A program made the position numbers and the translations under genes. A model generated the notes under the pieces. That model was not told where the DNA came from. It was given only the letters and a program-made list of their open reading frames with translations, and did not search any database. Shown here in pieces: positions 49,101-62,100 of a DNA stretch of 64,000 nt; the first letter of the stretch is position 1, and each line of letters opens with the position of its first letter. The stretch is from Lepidodermella squamata (taxonomy: Eukaryota > Animalia > Gastrotricha), in contig JBLDXI010000017.1 in the NCBI GenBank assembly GCA_047495785.1, forward strand, positions 3,596,001 to 3,660,000. The letters are read 5' to 3'.

Positions 49101-52100
49101 GCTGGAGAAGGAGAACGCGATCTCAATCCTGCAACACTTGGCAATTCAGTTTCGTGCCTTGACGGGGGTCGATATGGGTATTCGTCTTCGAACTGACGAT
49201 CGGTAGAACGCTCTGTTCCTCCAATATTAACTCTGTCTCCAGCGGGATAAGCTAATCTTTCTAGATTGTCCCCGTAAGAAGACGAGCGTGACCTGGCGGC
49301 AGATGCAGAGGGTGATCGCGTTTTTTCATCCGCTGACTGGCGTTCGCGAGACAGCGATCGATCCCTGGAACCAGGGAGTGAAAACGCCTCCACGCGGCTG
49401 CCTGCTTCAGACGGCGATCGTGATCTGATTAGAACACGCTCAGCTTGCCCTGAAGGAGGTCTACTGCCAAAGTTTTCAGCAAAGACCGCGTCTGGCTGAA
49501 GGGATTCTGCCTGGTAACCGGCAGGTGACGGTGATCGAGATCTTACAGATCCAATGAACCCAGCCACATCAGTATGTCCTGGGACATTCTCGTCCCTTGC
49601 CGACGGTGATCGGTGCTCACTAGACAGTGATCTATCCCTTGAACGCGGGAAATCGGTAGAAGCGACGCCTTCAATTCGGCCGCGGTCGGACGACCTGGAT
49701 GTCGGACGACCAAACGCCCACTCTTCGTTTGTTTCATACCGAGGTCCACTCTCTATTGAGGTAACCGACATGCGATCGCCAGAGGCAGACATCGGTCGAC
49801 TTCTTGCGACAAGCTGGCCATCAGATGTAATCAGACCATGAGGGGATGGCGAACGAGAACGCATAGATCTCTCTCCAGCGATATTACTCGGCTCATCAAA
49901 TTGAAAGTGGCTAGGCGATGGCATCGATCCAGCAGAAGAAGGCAAGGCGAAAGGTCCTGCTTGATCACGACCAGGGGAGGACAAGCGGGATCTAACAGGC
50001 GAACGTGTGCTGGCCTCAGCCGGAATATTGCCGCCCTGGTCACGGTCTTGTTCAAGCAAATGCGACACAAAATCTCCGTGAGAGAGATATCCTGGTGAAG
50101 CCGATCGCGATCTCACCGAGCGAGAGCCTGTAGCCTCCGTGCCAGGTCCGAACGATGGTTCTTCAGCTTCTGCGCCGCGTGAAGCAGGGCGATTTTCAAA
50201 ACCGCCGAGTATTGCTGTTGACTCGGGAAGAGTACTTATGTTGCGCAGTGTTTCATTGCCAGGAGACACCGACCTAGACCGAGCATCTCGGCGGCCAGTA
50301 TTTTCCAAGCTGTGTCTCGACGGGGTACGGCCGGCTACTGGAGTATCATCTCGCGTGCTCAACGAAGAAACAGAGCGGCGATTCGAGGCGCGTTCTTCTT
50401 TACCAGTATTGTCGCCGGAATCTCCGAGACCCGTGTCGTACAAAACAGTACTCGCACGAAGAGTCGAGGCCCCGGGAGAGACAGATCGACCAGACAGCGT
50501 GATACTCGATTCGAAGCCCTGGCGAGCCGCGATAGATGCATCGCCAATAGAGCTCTCTCGGGATGCAGGTCTCTGCCGAGACGGTGTACCAGTCGAGCGC
50601 CGGCTGTTGTCCTCGAAAGACTCTGACTCAGCCAGCGGCACTCCAGAGAACTGTCCTGGCGATAATGACCTCGATCGAGTTGGTGACAAGATTCGCTGTT
50701 CTGAAAACGTCCCAGGCGAAGTAGTGTCAAGGCGAGACCCAGCGGGTGAATCATCGATACGCCCGTCTTTTTTGGGTGTTTTAGCTCGATAGCGATCGGC
50801 TGAAGGCGAACGGGAACGATCGGCTATTCTTCTGGGAGACGTAGATCGGCGGCGATAGTCAGGCAGAGTAGGAATCATTCGAGCTAATTCTTCATCACCT
50901 GACACCTCGGCCTGATCGAGTCCGCCAAAAGAAAGAACTCGGCCTTGCTCCATCGCAACGGCGAAGCTGGGCGAAACGGTGCGCAGCCCCTCAGCTGCAG
51001 CTGACATAGGTCTATCATCGTCGATGTCGTAGGCGGTAGGGTAATTGTACGCCGAATCCGGCGAGAAGTCTTGGAAAGATTCAAACCTCGAGCCAGATGA
51101 TCGACTCCGCGGAGGAGCTCCAAAGCTTGATTTTAAGGCTGATGTCAGGTTGCCTGTTGATCTCGTTCTTCGGCCTCGCGAAGGTGGGCTTTCATAGGCG
51201 TAAGTCTGTAGGCGTAACGACCCATCAGCTTCGCGAACAGGCGAGGACGGAGTGGAGGCAAAGTCTACCATTCTCCGTTTGGACGGCTCCGCTGATGAAG
51301 TTCGACGAAAACGCGATGTCGTCAGTTGCCGCTCGCTGCCCATGCGTTCGAAAGAAACGGCAGATTTCGGCCGTCCCCGAACAGGTGGTTTCTCAGCTTT
51401 CTTCACAGCGTGGATCAATTCGTCAGGAATAAGGTCAGGAGCTTCAGACGTCACAGCCGCAGTTGAAACACTCTTCCTTCGAGGCGACGTAGCCAGCTCA
51501 ATGATCTGCTGAGGCGATAGTGGCCCAGATGCAGTGCTTATCAACGGAACGCTGCTAGTTCGCGTGGAAATGACGTGCGAAACTGGTTGGCCATCGATTT
51601 CTATGTACGAAGCCGCGATTGGCAGGTTATCGGCCGAGTGGCCCATGCCATCGAACACGGTTTGATCGACTCTCACCGTCATAGGGCGGTGACTCCGATC
51701 GGGAGCAAACGTTGTTGTTGACGACATTGTCGCAACAACCACGTTGCGCTCAGTGTCAACACAGCCTTCGCTTGACGTTCGAACAACCACATTGCCGCTT
51801 GGAGTAGTCATCGACGTAGTAGTAGTGGTCACATCGCGATAGGCCGGTTGAACGGTTACCAGAGCGCCTTGACTGGTAGCCTTCGAGCCACCAGACGGCT
51901 TTTTGGAATCAGAACTCTTAACCAGCTGTCGACCGTCTACCGACTGGCTTCGACGCCAATGCGGGTAAGCAGGCAGTAGCTTCGCCCCAGCAACGGCTGG
52001 TGTGTAAGAGTGCCGATGCGGACGAGCTGGTTTAACTTGTGGTTCTTCGTCACTTGATTCAAGCTGGGTGGACTCTGATTGCTCGCGAGATGCCGACCGT

Positions 52101-55100
52101 TTGGCGCCTGGCGATTGTTTAAATTGACGATACGAAGGTTTACCGCGCCGATTAGGATCAGCGGATTTATCCAAGCCGCCGAGTGACGTTGAATGTTGAC
52201 CTATCGCAATAGGGTAGCTAGCATTTTCCGCATTTGGCGTCGGAGATGTCATTGGAAGCATGAATTGTTGTTCAGAAGTAGCTCGAGTCGCAAGCGAGCT
52301 CTGAGGCGGCATCTGACCCTGGGGTCGCGGACGAGATGTCATACGGAAGTGATGCACTGGTCGACTAGCTATATCACTTTCTGACCCAACCCGTGGGTCG
52401 GTGGACTGACTGCGGCGAGACTGTGACTTCGGAGGGAGACCAGAAGCTTCGTGAGTTGCTTTCGGTTCAGATGGCTGTATTTTAACCGCTGCTGATTGAG
52501 CTGTTGGTAATACGATTGTGTAAGTTTCACCGCCGATGGGAACCTCCATTTCCAGTTCTTTACCGAATGAAGTTTTCACATATGTTGGTGATCTTGGTGA
52601 TCTCACAATAATAGGCTCTTCTTCAGTGGTTGGCGAGGTTATCACGGTCAGCGGCGCATTCGGGTCACGTAGCGGACTTGGTTCTTGAGCACGGACGTCT
52701 CCCCAACCCGAGGTTCCCTTGCAAACATCCAAAACTGACTCCGCTGTTGACGTCAAATCAACACTACGATCAAGCACCACCAAAACAGCAGGTCGCGATG
52801 CCAGAGCTTCGCCGGTGAGGCCACTTGAACTCTGCTGGGGTTGCGAGGTGGTCGAAGCTGGGTTTTGGCGGCGTGCATATTCAAGCGATACCTCAAATTC
52901 GTTTTGATCGTTAGTTTCCAGGGCAGTCAAAACAGATCGACAGAGTCGGAGTAGAGTTTCATCGGTCGACGTTTGACTAGCCGCGGGTTTTTCTGGCGCC
53001 GACATCTGCGCACGGAAATTCATTTGCGCTGCGTCATCGCCAGTGAGCGAGGCGAGACGAAGCGGGGGCACCAGTGATGGGTCACGGTCTTCGCTGGACG
53101 AACGTCGCAAGTCCGCTAAAGAATCGCTCGGCAGACGAGATGAGCCGCTAGTAGAATGGCTCGTCCGTGACTGCGGGCGCTGGTCGGATGTCCGCGTGTC
53201 TTGGCTGCGAATTCGACTAGATACAGGCAGGGCCGAGCCGACAGGTACGGGCGGGGTGGCGCCGGAATGGCGGCTCGCAGCGCTGTGAACTGCATCGTCC
53301 TCGTCAGCGTCGTCGACGAACGCAATCGACATAGCAACAGCAGAACCGGGTTGATGTTGCGATGGACTGAACGACGACGACGTAGCCGACTCTGCGGTGC
53401 TAACTCGGACGCTAAGTCGGTTTTGACAGCTGCAGTCGGTGGCACTCGCAGAACAAGTACAAGTACCAACGCATGAGGTACAGTAGGTGCACGATGCGCA
53501 GGACGTGCAGCTGCAGGAAGTTCCGCGGCGGCTTGACGAAGTTATCGTAGCCGGTTGGATGCTCAAGCCAGGCAAATCACCGGCTGACGATTGGCGCCGG
53601 CTTATCACTGTCGAGGCTGAGCCGCTGCTACTACGACGCTGCGGGCTGGTGATTGCAGCTTCTTCGAGAGGCGGCGCCTGGCGCTGCCGGGGAGATATTG
53701 ACGCCACCGCAGCGGCGACCATGTCATCCAGCAACGCCGTATGGGAACGCTCCTGGGCCGCGGTCACGGAAGCGTAGGGCGGCGGGTGGTGGCGGTCTTC
53801 CGAAATTGATGAAGCGATGGAAGACGGTGCCTTAGCGGCGCGCATAATGAGGTCGTTGTTGCGGCGAGGTAACTGATCGGTGCTTGGCAATGACGGAATG
53901 TCGACATGCGGCGGCGAAGTGGCACATTGTTGCACGGTGTGTCTCAACTCTGGCGAAGCGTTTGCCGAAGCGTGCCGTCCGGTGAATGAACCCTCATCGC
54001 TGAGCCGTTCGTCCGACTCGCCCGCAGAGTTGACATGCAGTGGAATGTAGGGCGGCAAGCCTCGTGTTCCTGCTATTTGAATACCGGACAACTGCGGCGA
54101 GGCTGTTGTAGACCAGGCTGTCGAGGGTGGGGTCGAAGAGGTCATGTCGAGTGAGTACGGCGACAACGACGCTGATGATGAAGGCGGCTCGGGTGGCGCC
54201 GCTGATTTTGATTGAGGGTGCTCACGCTGTAGCGTACTTTCGATTTGCTCCAAATCGATAACGAGGTTCTGATTTTCGGCACTTGCATTCGCCATTTCGG
54301 AAGCACTGTAAAGCCGCGGGGCCGACTGACTCGTCGGTAGCGGTACTGTGAGAGAGAAAACGCCGAATCGAGGCGCCCTTTTCTTAGCACTAGCTGCCCC
54401 ACCCCGACCACGTTTCCGCACCGCTGCGACTGCTGGTTTACTCGCGGCTACGTCATCAGCCGCGCCGGGTGACTCGCTGTCCTCGAAGCTCTGTTGATGC
54501 GAGCGCGGCCGTTTCCCGGCAGCTGTCGATGACGGAGCGCCGCGCCCACGCCGCGAGCCTGACGTAGCTGGTAGCAGTATTGCACCTGAGGAAGTCATAG
54601 ATTCGCCTGGCTCCGATGTAACAGAAGACCTGACAGCACTGGCGCCCCTACCAACTTCACCTTCCAATCTAGCAGTCGGCGCCGTTGCCGCGCTGGATGC
54701 CGGCCGAGTCGCAGATCGAGTGCGTTGAGGTTGTTCATACGCCGGCAGCATCACTGCTCGCCGTTCGGGCCGTTTCGGCGCTTGCTGAGGCCGACAGCAC
54801 TCGCAGGATTCTTCGGCGGCTGGGGTTCGGCGACCCACGGGGCCACCACTAGGTGCGTGGCTGGGCATGGCGGGTAGCAAAACTGCGTGTTGCGACGAGG
54901 GAAGAGGCGAAACCGGTTGAGGAACGGGTGAAACTGGCGGGAAATTGCGAAGCGAGCGGGCGAAAATGATGTGAGCCATGTCAGGCGGTTCGGTGGATCC
55001 ATCGGCTTGCGTTCTCCGGCCAACACCACCCGCTCCACCTCCACCGCCGCCGCCACCCCCGCCACCACCAGGGTAGTGGTGTTGCGGCGGAGCACCGCCA

Positions 55101-56403
55101 GCCATGAATGGACGAGGTGGAGGAGAAGGTGCAGATTTTTGAGCGAGAGGTTGTCGCTGTGCCGATGATCGGCCTGAACTAGTCCGGGCAAGGTTGAGCG
55201 GCTCAGCAGGCGTAGCGGCGATCGGTACAGTAGGTAAATTGGAGTCACACGGTGACCCGGACGACCTGCATGACGCAAAATGCGCACGAGGTCGTTGTTG
55301 CATTATTTCTGCAGCGGCTTCTAGGTCCTCAGCGACTTCTTGAAGAATGTCGATAAACGAACACGAGAAACACGTGCACGCCGATGATACAAGCAACGAG
55401 TGGCGGTGCTTGCAGACGGGCTCGGCCGATTGCTGCTGCTGCTGCTGCTGCGCCGATTCTTGACTGTCAAAGTCATGCAACGACCCACAGCTTCGCGTTC
55501 GGCGCAAGTTCTGACCAGTCAGGTAGGCGTGTCGGCGATGAGCGGCACGGCGTCGCAACTGGCTTACCGAGGGTGTTGGAAAACGCGATGAAATGCTTGA
55601 CACCACACGGGCAGCGTGAAGCCAAGCTAGCGGAGCTGGGATTTCTGAAACAACACAACCGGAACGTCATTTCACTATATAAAAGGCTAAGAATTAGCTA
55701 GAAGCAAATACTGACACATTTTGCACGTAGAATTTCAATGTGAAAATGTATGACAGGTATAGTGAATATATAATAATACCTACTCCTGCTTCATTGCATG
55801 GAGGGGGAGAAAATCGAAAAACGTGAATCATTATTAATATTCACAACCTGCCAACTACGGCGGTCAACACTACGCCCTATATTTTTCAAATAAAACTAGA
55901 TATTATCAAAAAATTCATAATAACGCACTCCCAAGGGATATTGCCAGCGAATTTAACTCATTCATATTGTCTCACTCCCAAATTCAAACTAGGTTATTTC
56001 TACTATTTGTACCTTTGTCAACAAATGAAGTTGAACCGGTGGCTTCCGCTAGATTGAGGCCGGTGTCGAGCAACGATGCGGTGTCTCGTTCCTCGGGGCT
56101 ACCAGGTGTGAAAAGTAGCTGCGATGATTCCGAGTTCCGGGTTTTCGAGAAACCGAGCCTGAAAAAAGCAAATCATATATTATATTTTTTGGCGAATTGA
56201 GCATATTTAAAAGTTGAATCATAGAATTAAATGTATTGAATGAAATTAAAATTCGAGCTGAAAGAGGAAATCACACTCGAGATGTAGTAGCTACCAACTA
56301 ACCCGACGACCGACCCGACACTGCCATACAGCGTTAAGTATGGCCCGATGCGGGTCGAGGGCGGTACGTTATTGCGACAACACGACGAAAGCTGGCAACC
56401 CAT
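40165..56403 (-). CDS. Giant Ser/Pro/Arg-rich disordered protein or STARD9-like kinesin tail (exons 56403-56303, 56158-56013, 55644-41954, 41893-41823, 41767-40165; about 5200 aa)
   Basis: The 4558-aa stop-free ORF is bounded by acceptor tttcag|55644 and donor 41954|gtaagt. It splices in frame through a 71-nt exon to the terminal exon ending NDWGEL*, and the upstream 146-nt exon also joins in frame. It lies directly downstream of a STARD9-type motor+FHA, matching the giant-exon layout of STARD9. Confidence 0.85.
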
Positions 56404-59147
56404 GGTGCTTAGTAGCACTCAAAAAGTCGGTGGAGATGGATTCGATGGGCACCTCATGGTTCGGCACGACGCCAAGGTCGGCCTCGCCGAAATCATTCGG
56501 GTGACGAGCAAAACACCACCATCAGCGGCGCATTCTCGTTTTAATATTATTAAATGTTAACGGTAGTAACTATATTAATTCTTCATTAAATGAAAAATAG
56601 GTAGGTAACAAGTCGCCGGGTCGATTTTCAGCCGAGAGAAAGTACGTGTGTGTGATTGACGGCAAAGACGGCCCCGTTAAAAGGCTACTTGAGCGAAACA
56701 AATGAAAGAAAAGCAAAGCCACGAGCCAAAAATGCCTCGAGCCACAAGAAGGGATAACGATCGGCAACAGACATATATAGAGAGCTAAGCGCGACTGAGC
56801 ACTTTAAAGCGAAATTGCAGTAGATAAAGTTAAGGCACAAGTTAGGCATTGAAATATTTAATAGCAGCAAAGATCAGCTATTGACAAGCGATATAGAGCG
56901 ACGTCGATGAGTCGTGAATGTAGGCCGGTCGATGAGCCTACCGTGCCAAGTAGTGATGATGAGCCACTTGCGCCTGTCAATGGCTAGGCAAAAACGGGAG
57001 AGTTATTCGCTCATCACGCAACTATAATTTGCAAAACACCGCTGCGTTTCGCCTAACCAGATGTATTCACGCGAAATTACGGCACAGTTAGCGCGCCCCG
57101 CGTCAATGAAACGCCGCAAAAACTGAGAAAACGCGCCAGTGTTGCTTCCAAGAATAAGCATACTTCACTTGACACAAAAACCGCACGAAAACTCGGTTTG
57201 TGTAATTAAAAAAGAAAACGAATGAAAACAGACGCTGCTGCAGTGAGGGCAAGTTCTTATCTTAATGTTTATAAATTACGAGAACGAGTCAGTGAATGAT
57301 GCGCCCACCAAATCGAATGCTTGTGCCCGGCAACGCGTCAAAACGGGGGCGCAATTTCACGCGAGCGCGCGCGTGCACCAGCCGATAAAAAGCGCTTCAG
57401 GCGTAACGGCCGCGCAAAAACAACTTGTCGTCAAGTGCTCGACATTGAGACGACGAAGACTTGTGCATCGGTGCTTGTTGGCCAAAAGTCAAGCACGTCA
57501 TGTCACTCGCTGTGGCTTGATCGGCCTTGATTAAAAAAGGCGCGTTAAAACAGGGGAAATGGCAGTGGACCGTAAACACCGTCAATTGACGAGAATTTCT
57601 CGGCGCGCATTGACGCTCGGGTCGAATTAATTACACCTGTATGGCGCGCGTATAGTAATTAAAACCGGCTGGTGAGAGAGGGGGTGGATTGGAATGGTGG
57701 CGATGAGCACTAACCCGTATAAATATTTTTGCAAGGCCGGTTTCGCGAGCAAAGTGTGAAAACAAGGGTGCGATGAACGCGGCCTCGCGTCTCGAGTGCG
57801 CCGCCGAATCGACGCGGATAATTGTAGTCAAACAGGTAAGAAAAGCGGCGGGTGTGGTTCTTTAGTTCAACTAGATAAATTACGCATATATATCGGTGAC
57901 CATAAGATGAATATTCAGGCAACTGCGATGCTTTTGCTACGAATTTTAAATGACACGATGATGAATGGGCAGGTAGGGCCGCATGCGCGAATCAGCGGCG
58001 GCTGCATCAAGCGCGTGCGCGGAAGTAACTGAGAACGCAAAACAAAGTGACAGCGTGCGCAAAAACAGCCAAGACAACATAAGTGTTTGAGGAGAGAGCA
58101 AACACAAACAAGCAAAATGTAAATAGCAGATCGATTTTTCGCAGCAATTTCTGCGCCCGATCAGCGCGCTATTAGACAAGCGCGTGAAATAATGTCTCAA
58201 AAAGCGGCGCTCGCGGTGTCTCTCGTGCGCTTTCACCTGCGCGTGTTTTGGCGCGCCGTTTGAACAGGCGCATTAATTTTGCAATAACGTCTTGTTATTG
58301 AGTTTCGCTATGATTATCGGCACAATATTCTGGCATCTAATAAGTAAAACATGTCGCATGCGAGTAGGCAATACACCTCGAATGGCACTTGTTGCCGTCG
58401 GGCGGGTGCATTCATCGGAAAAATCATTACAGCGCGAATCACGCTGACCAAGTCGATCGGGCAAGCGGCGCAAAAATACGACTAGCTCGACATCAGCCGC
58501 GCGCCTGTGATTAGTCGCCCGTCGAGTACACAATGGCCTAATACTATTATGCTCAAATCAACGTATCGCCTCGCGCCCCGAGTTGTTTTGTAAAATAAAA
58601 AAGAAAGCGCTGCAAAATAGGCAAAACTGCATTCGAGTCCAACACGGCGGCGACCTTCTTGTTTATTTATGAGCAAGCTAGGCTCGCCACACTCAAGCTT
58701 GCCGTTCTAGCTATTCGATAAAAAATCATGTCTTCCGAGATTTCGTTCAAGCTTTTCCGGTCACGCGTAAACACGAATTTAGTAATAGGTAGAGGCATAT
58801 ATAGTAAAAACATTTTAGCAAAAGATGTCCGCGGCAAACCTTTGTTGAGAATTTCCTGTCGAGCGACCGCAGATAACGTTGAGCGACTGGGTCGAGGCGA
58901 AAGGCGACGAGGCCGGTACGTCTTCGGCAAGTGGCGACGATGCGTAGGCAGCAAACTGGCGATTGAATCGGCTGCGAGTCGGCCCGAGAAAGGCAGCGGC
59001 CGAGTCAAGCGAGAGGGTTGATACGGAAGAAACGGACGATAAGTTTGCGCAACTCTGCAGGAAAAACAACCGGTTAGAGCGAGCGATAATGGCAAACATT
59101 TTAATTAGCCTAGAAAATTACGGTTCTACCGAGACGATATAACGCAC

Positions 59148-62100
59148 CTGTCTGAGACGAGCGGCTTCGATTGGGTTGTTGAAGCGAAAGACGTTGGTGT
59201 AACCTAGCACAAGTAAATCTCCTGGGGATGTGAAATGAAAGCTATTTTCAATGAACTTGACGGGACTAATTTCCTACCGTGAGATAGGTGCGTCGGTTCC
59301 GAGACGGGAGATCCGTTCAGAAGAATTCCGGTCGACTGATGAGGTATAAGCGCCAACCGGCCATTCAAACTTTGCACAGAGCAGCATTCAGCCGCAACAC
59401 CAGGTCCGCGGAGTCCTGTGAGAAACACGATCCAGATCGATAGCTCGCATTTTTAATATTAAAAAAAATGGCGCTTCACGCTACATTTATTCAAAGAATA
59501 TTTGCTCAGTGCCGTGAACCAACGCGCACAAAAAATGAATGGCAAAATCATCAGGCAATCGAGTATTCAACCCGAGATAAATCTCTAATGATCCAGGGCG
59601 TAGTAGCATGCATTCGAGTATTTACTTAATTCGAGATTTTTCATCGAAAAAAAACTATGTAGCGAAGCAGCTATTGTTATTACTGATGCGCCGGGCAAGC
59701 ACCGGCTTAGGAAAAGTGTTAGATTTGCAGCTTACAGGTGGCGCAATACTTATTCACACAAAAATGCAACTTTATTGGAAAAAATTCGGCAGTCATTGCT
59801 CCTCAAAACAATAGCAAAATTGTCGTTGCGGCTAAAAACCCGAGCACGATATGTGCAGGTGAGCTATGCAAATAGGCAGGCGCGCGATCAGTCGAGTAAG
59901 CTGCATATTTAAGTGGGCGGTAATCGAACAGCAAAAAGCAAGCGACGGGAAAAGACTCTCGCCAAGACCACAAAACAACATGACAAAGAGCAATGACGAG
60001 CACCTGCTGTCATGTTTATTGTTTGAATGCACATATCGGAGCCGATCGTGGCCGAAGTGACGCTGTCTAGTGGCCTGGAGGATAAATAAAAAACTTGGCC
60101 TGGCAACGGTCGCGAGGTTTTGCGAGCAAACACGCGCGATTTTGCTCTCTATTTAGGCGCAATATCGTAAAATGGCGACGACAGCAAAATAAAGGTGATC
60201 GAACGCTTGCTAATAAACAAAGCGTATTCTCGCAGCAAAAACAATAGCCACATCAGGCTCGCGCGCGGCACCGGCATCACATTATTAATCGGCTATCGAC
60301 TAGGCGATCCTATTTTGTTAGCAAGAACGCAATTGCGCACGATATTCTAAAGCAACTTATTTTTTCCCGGCGAGAAAAATTTGATAACCAATTTTCCACA
60401 ACACACGTCAACAAATGAGTTAAAAAGGTAGACAACAGGACGCAAGGCGGAATGAAGAAAAAACGAGTCAATGGGTGGGCAGAAGGGGGTTTCGAAAAGC
60501 CAATTAACTCAAGAATGCAAATCGCTGGTTTGGGTTGAAACGGAACATCTATCGCTGCGATTCAGCGGCTGATAATGATACGGTGCACTTCGCAAAGTGG
60601 CTTATAAATTTGACACGCTTTTGAATCAACAGCCCCTCTTTTTTGGGCCCGTCGAACCGTGGCCCGCACGTGTCAATCATAGAGACAAAAATATTTACGC
60701 GCGTTATTTGTCAAAGCCGGCGCACCAGTTGCCGTGCAGAGCGAATGCGGGCTGGCTTACTTAATTGAAAAGTGACCCGTCAAAACCGACACAACCCACC
60801 CGGCAATGAGCCGGTAACCAAGCTACATGTAATGAGATCTTAGATATTTCCCATCGAGCAAACCAGCGATCAACAATGAATAAACACAACTGCTGAAAAG
60901 TCTACTCACCGATATCGGCATTCGCGTCCGCTCCCAGCAGGGTCTTCCCACCTTCGTCAAGGTGGTAAATCAGAACACCAGTGCCGGTAACGTCATCTTC
61001 ATCCAGCGCAACCCTGTAAAATAAAATGGGACATTGCGTAAATTGAAATATTTGAGCATGAAAACTCCTAGCAAGCAAACTAGAACATTAAGATGGGCTC
61101 ACGTGGATCAATATTCAATTTTTAATTTTGAATCAGATTTTTTGAAGTCAAATCCATATCAATATAAAATGAGGCCAAATGACTATTCACGTTTATTAGC
61201 TAGCGGCTAAAATGCGGTTAAAAACGCATTAAAATACCAAAAATGTATTCAACTCACAGATGAGGAAGTTGGCTTTCGACGATAACCGCTTGGCCACGGC
61301 GATCAGAATTCGGCCGTCGAATGCAGAGAACTGGCTCCTGTTAAATTAAGATCAGACAAACATTAATTCCAAGCTTAGACGTTACATAACTTGAGGCTAC
61401 TGAAGTCTCACAACACTTCACCTGTTGGCCGACATTATTTTGCCGGCAAATCTGAATTGAAAATGCGGAAGAAGCGGTGGAACCAGAACGCGGCAAAGAC
61501 GCGGATCTGTATCCACTGCTCGTTGACTGCGACGACAGATTTACGAACATGGTGTGGTAAAATTATAGTATATTAAAAGCTGACACGGCTAATGAAACTT
61601 CGTTTTTTTACGTATACAAGCTAGAAAATAATAGTCAATGGCGCACAGCGCTTAACTTGCACTAATTGACATAAATAAATAGGTAACTAAGTTAAATTGT
61701 CGTTTTCTGCGATTCAAGCGGCTATCACATGGCTTAAAAGTAACGCGTCATGACTGGTCACTTGACGCAAGTGGTCACTTCTCAATGGCGTATGGCGGCT
61801 ATATGAATTTTGTCCGCACTCGTCAAAAAGCGCACAGTGATGATTTTTGACGCGAAGCCAAATAGTTGCAACATTCACAAGCGCGCCCAGGTGCTCTGAG
61901 CCCTTTCTGCTAGCGCTAAAAATGGAAAACGCTATCTAATTGCACCCACATAAATGCAAGCTGCCGCGACTTAGGAAGTGCCAAAACGTCGAACGCTATC
62001 TTGACAATGCTAATGCCGCGATATAAGCGCAAATAAAATCAGTCTGAATTTCATTGTCAAGATTGAAGCCAGCAACGTAAAGTCAAATAATCAGACCTAT

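Noticed and set aside
55339-55567. Donor-like tcg|gtaagc near the start of the giant exon, suggesting an internal intron
   Set aside because: The nearest acceptor-like sites (ttcaag, caagaag) are out of phase and the frame is open throughout; left as exon pending RNA-seq.
42205-55701. Dozens of 60-220 aa ORFs overlapping the giant ORF, mostly on the + strand
   Set aside because: Antisense or alternate-frame shadows of a GC-rich, Ser/Pro/Arg-biased coding exon; no recognisable motifs.
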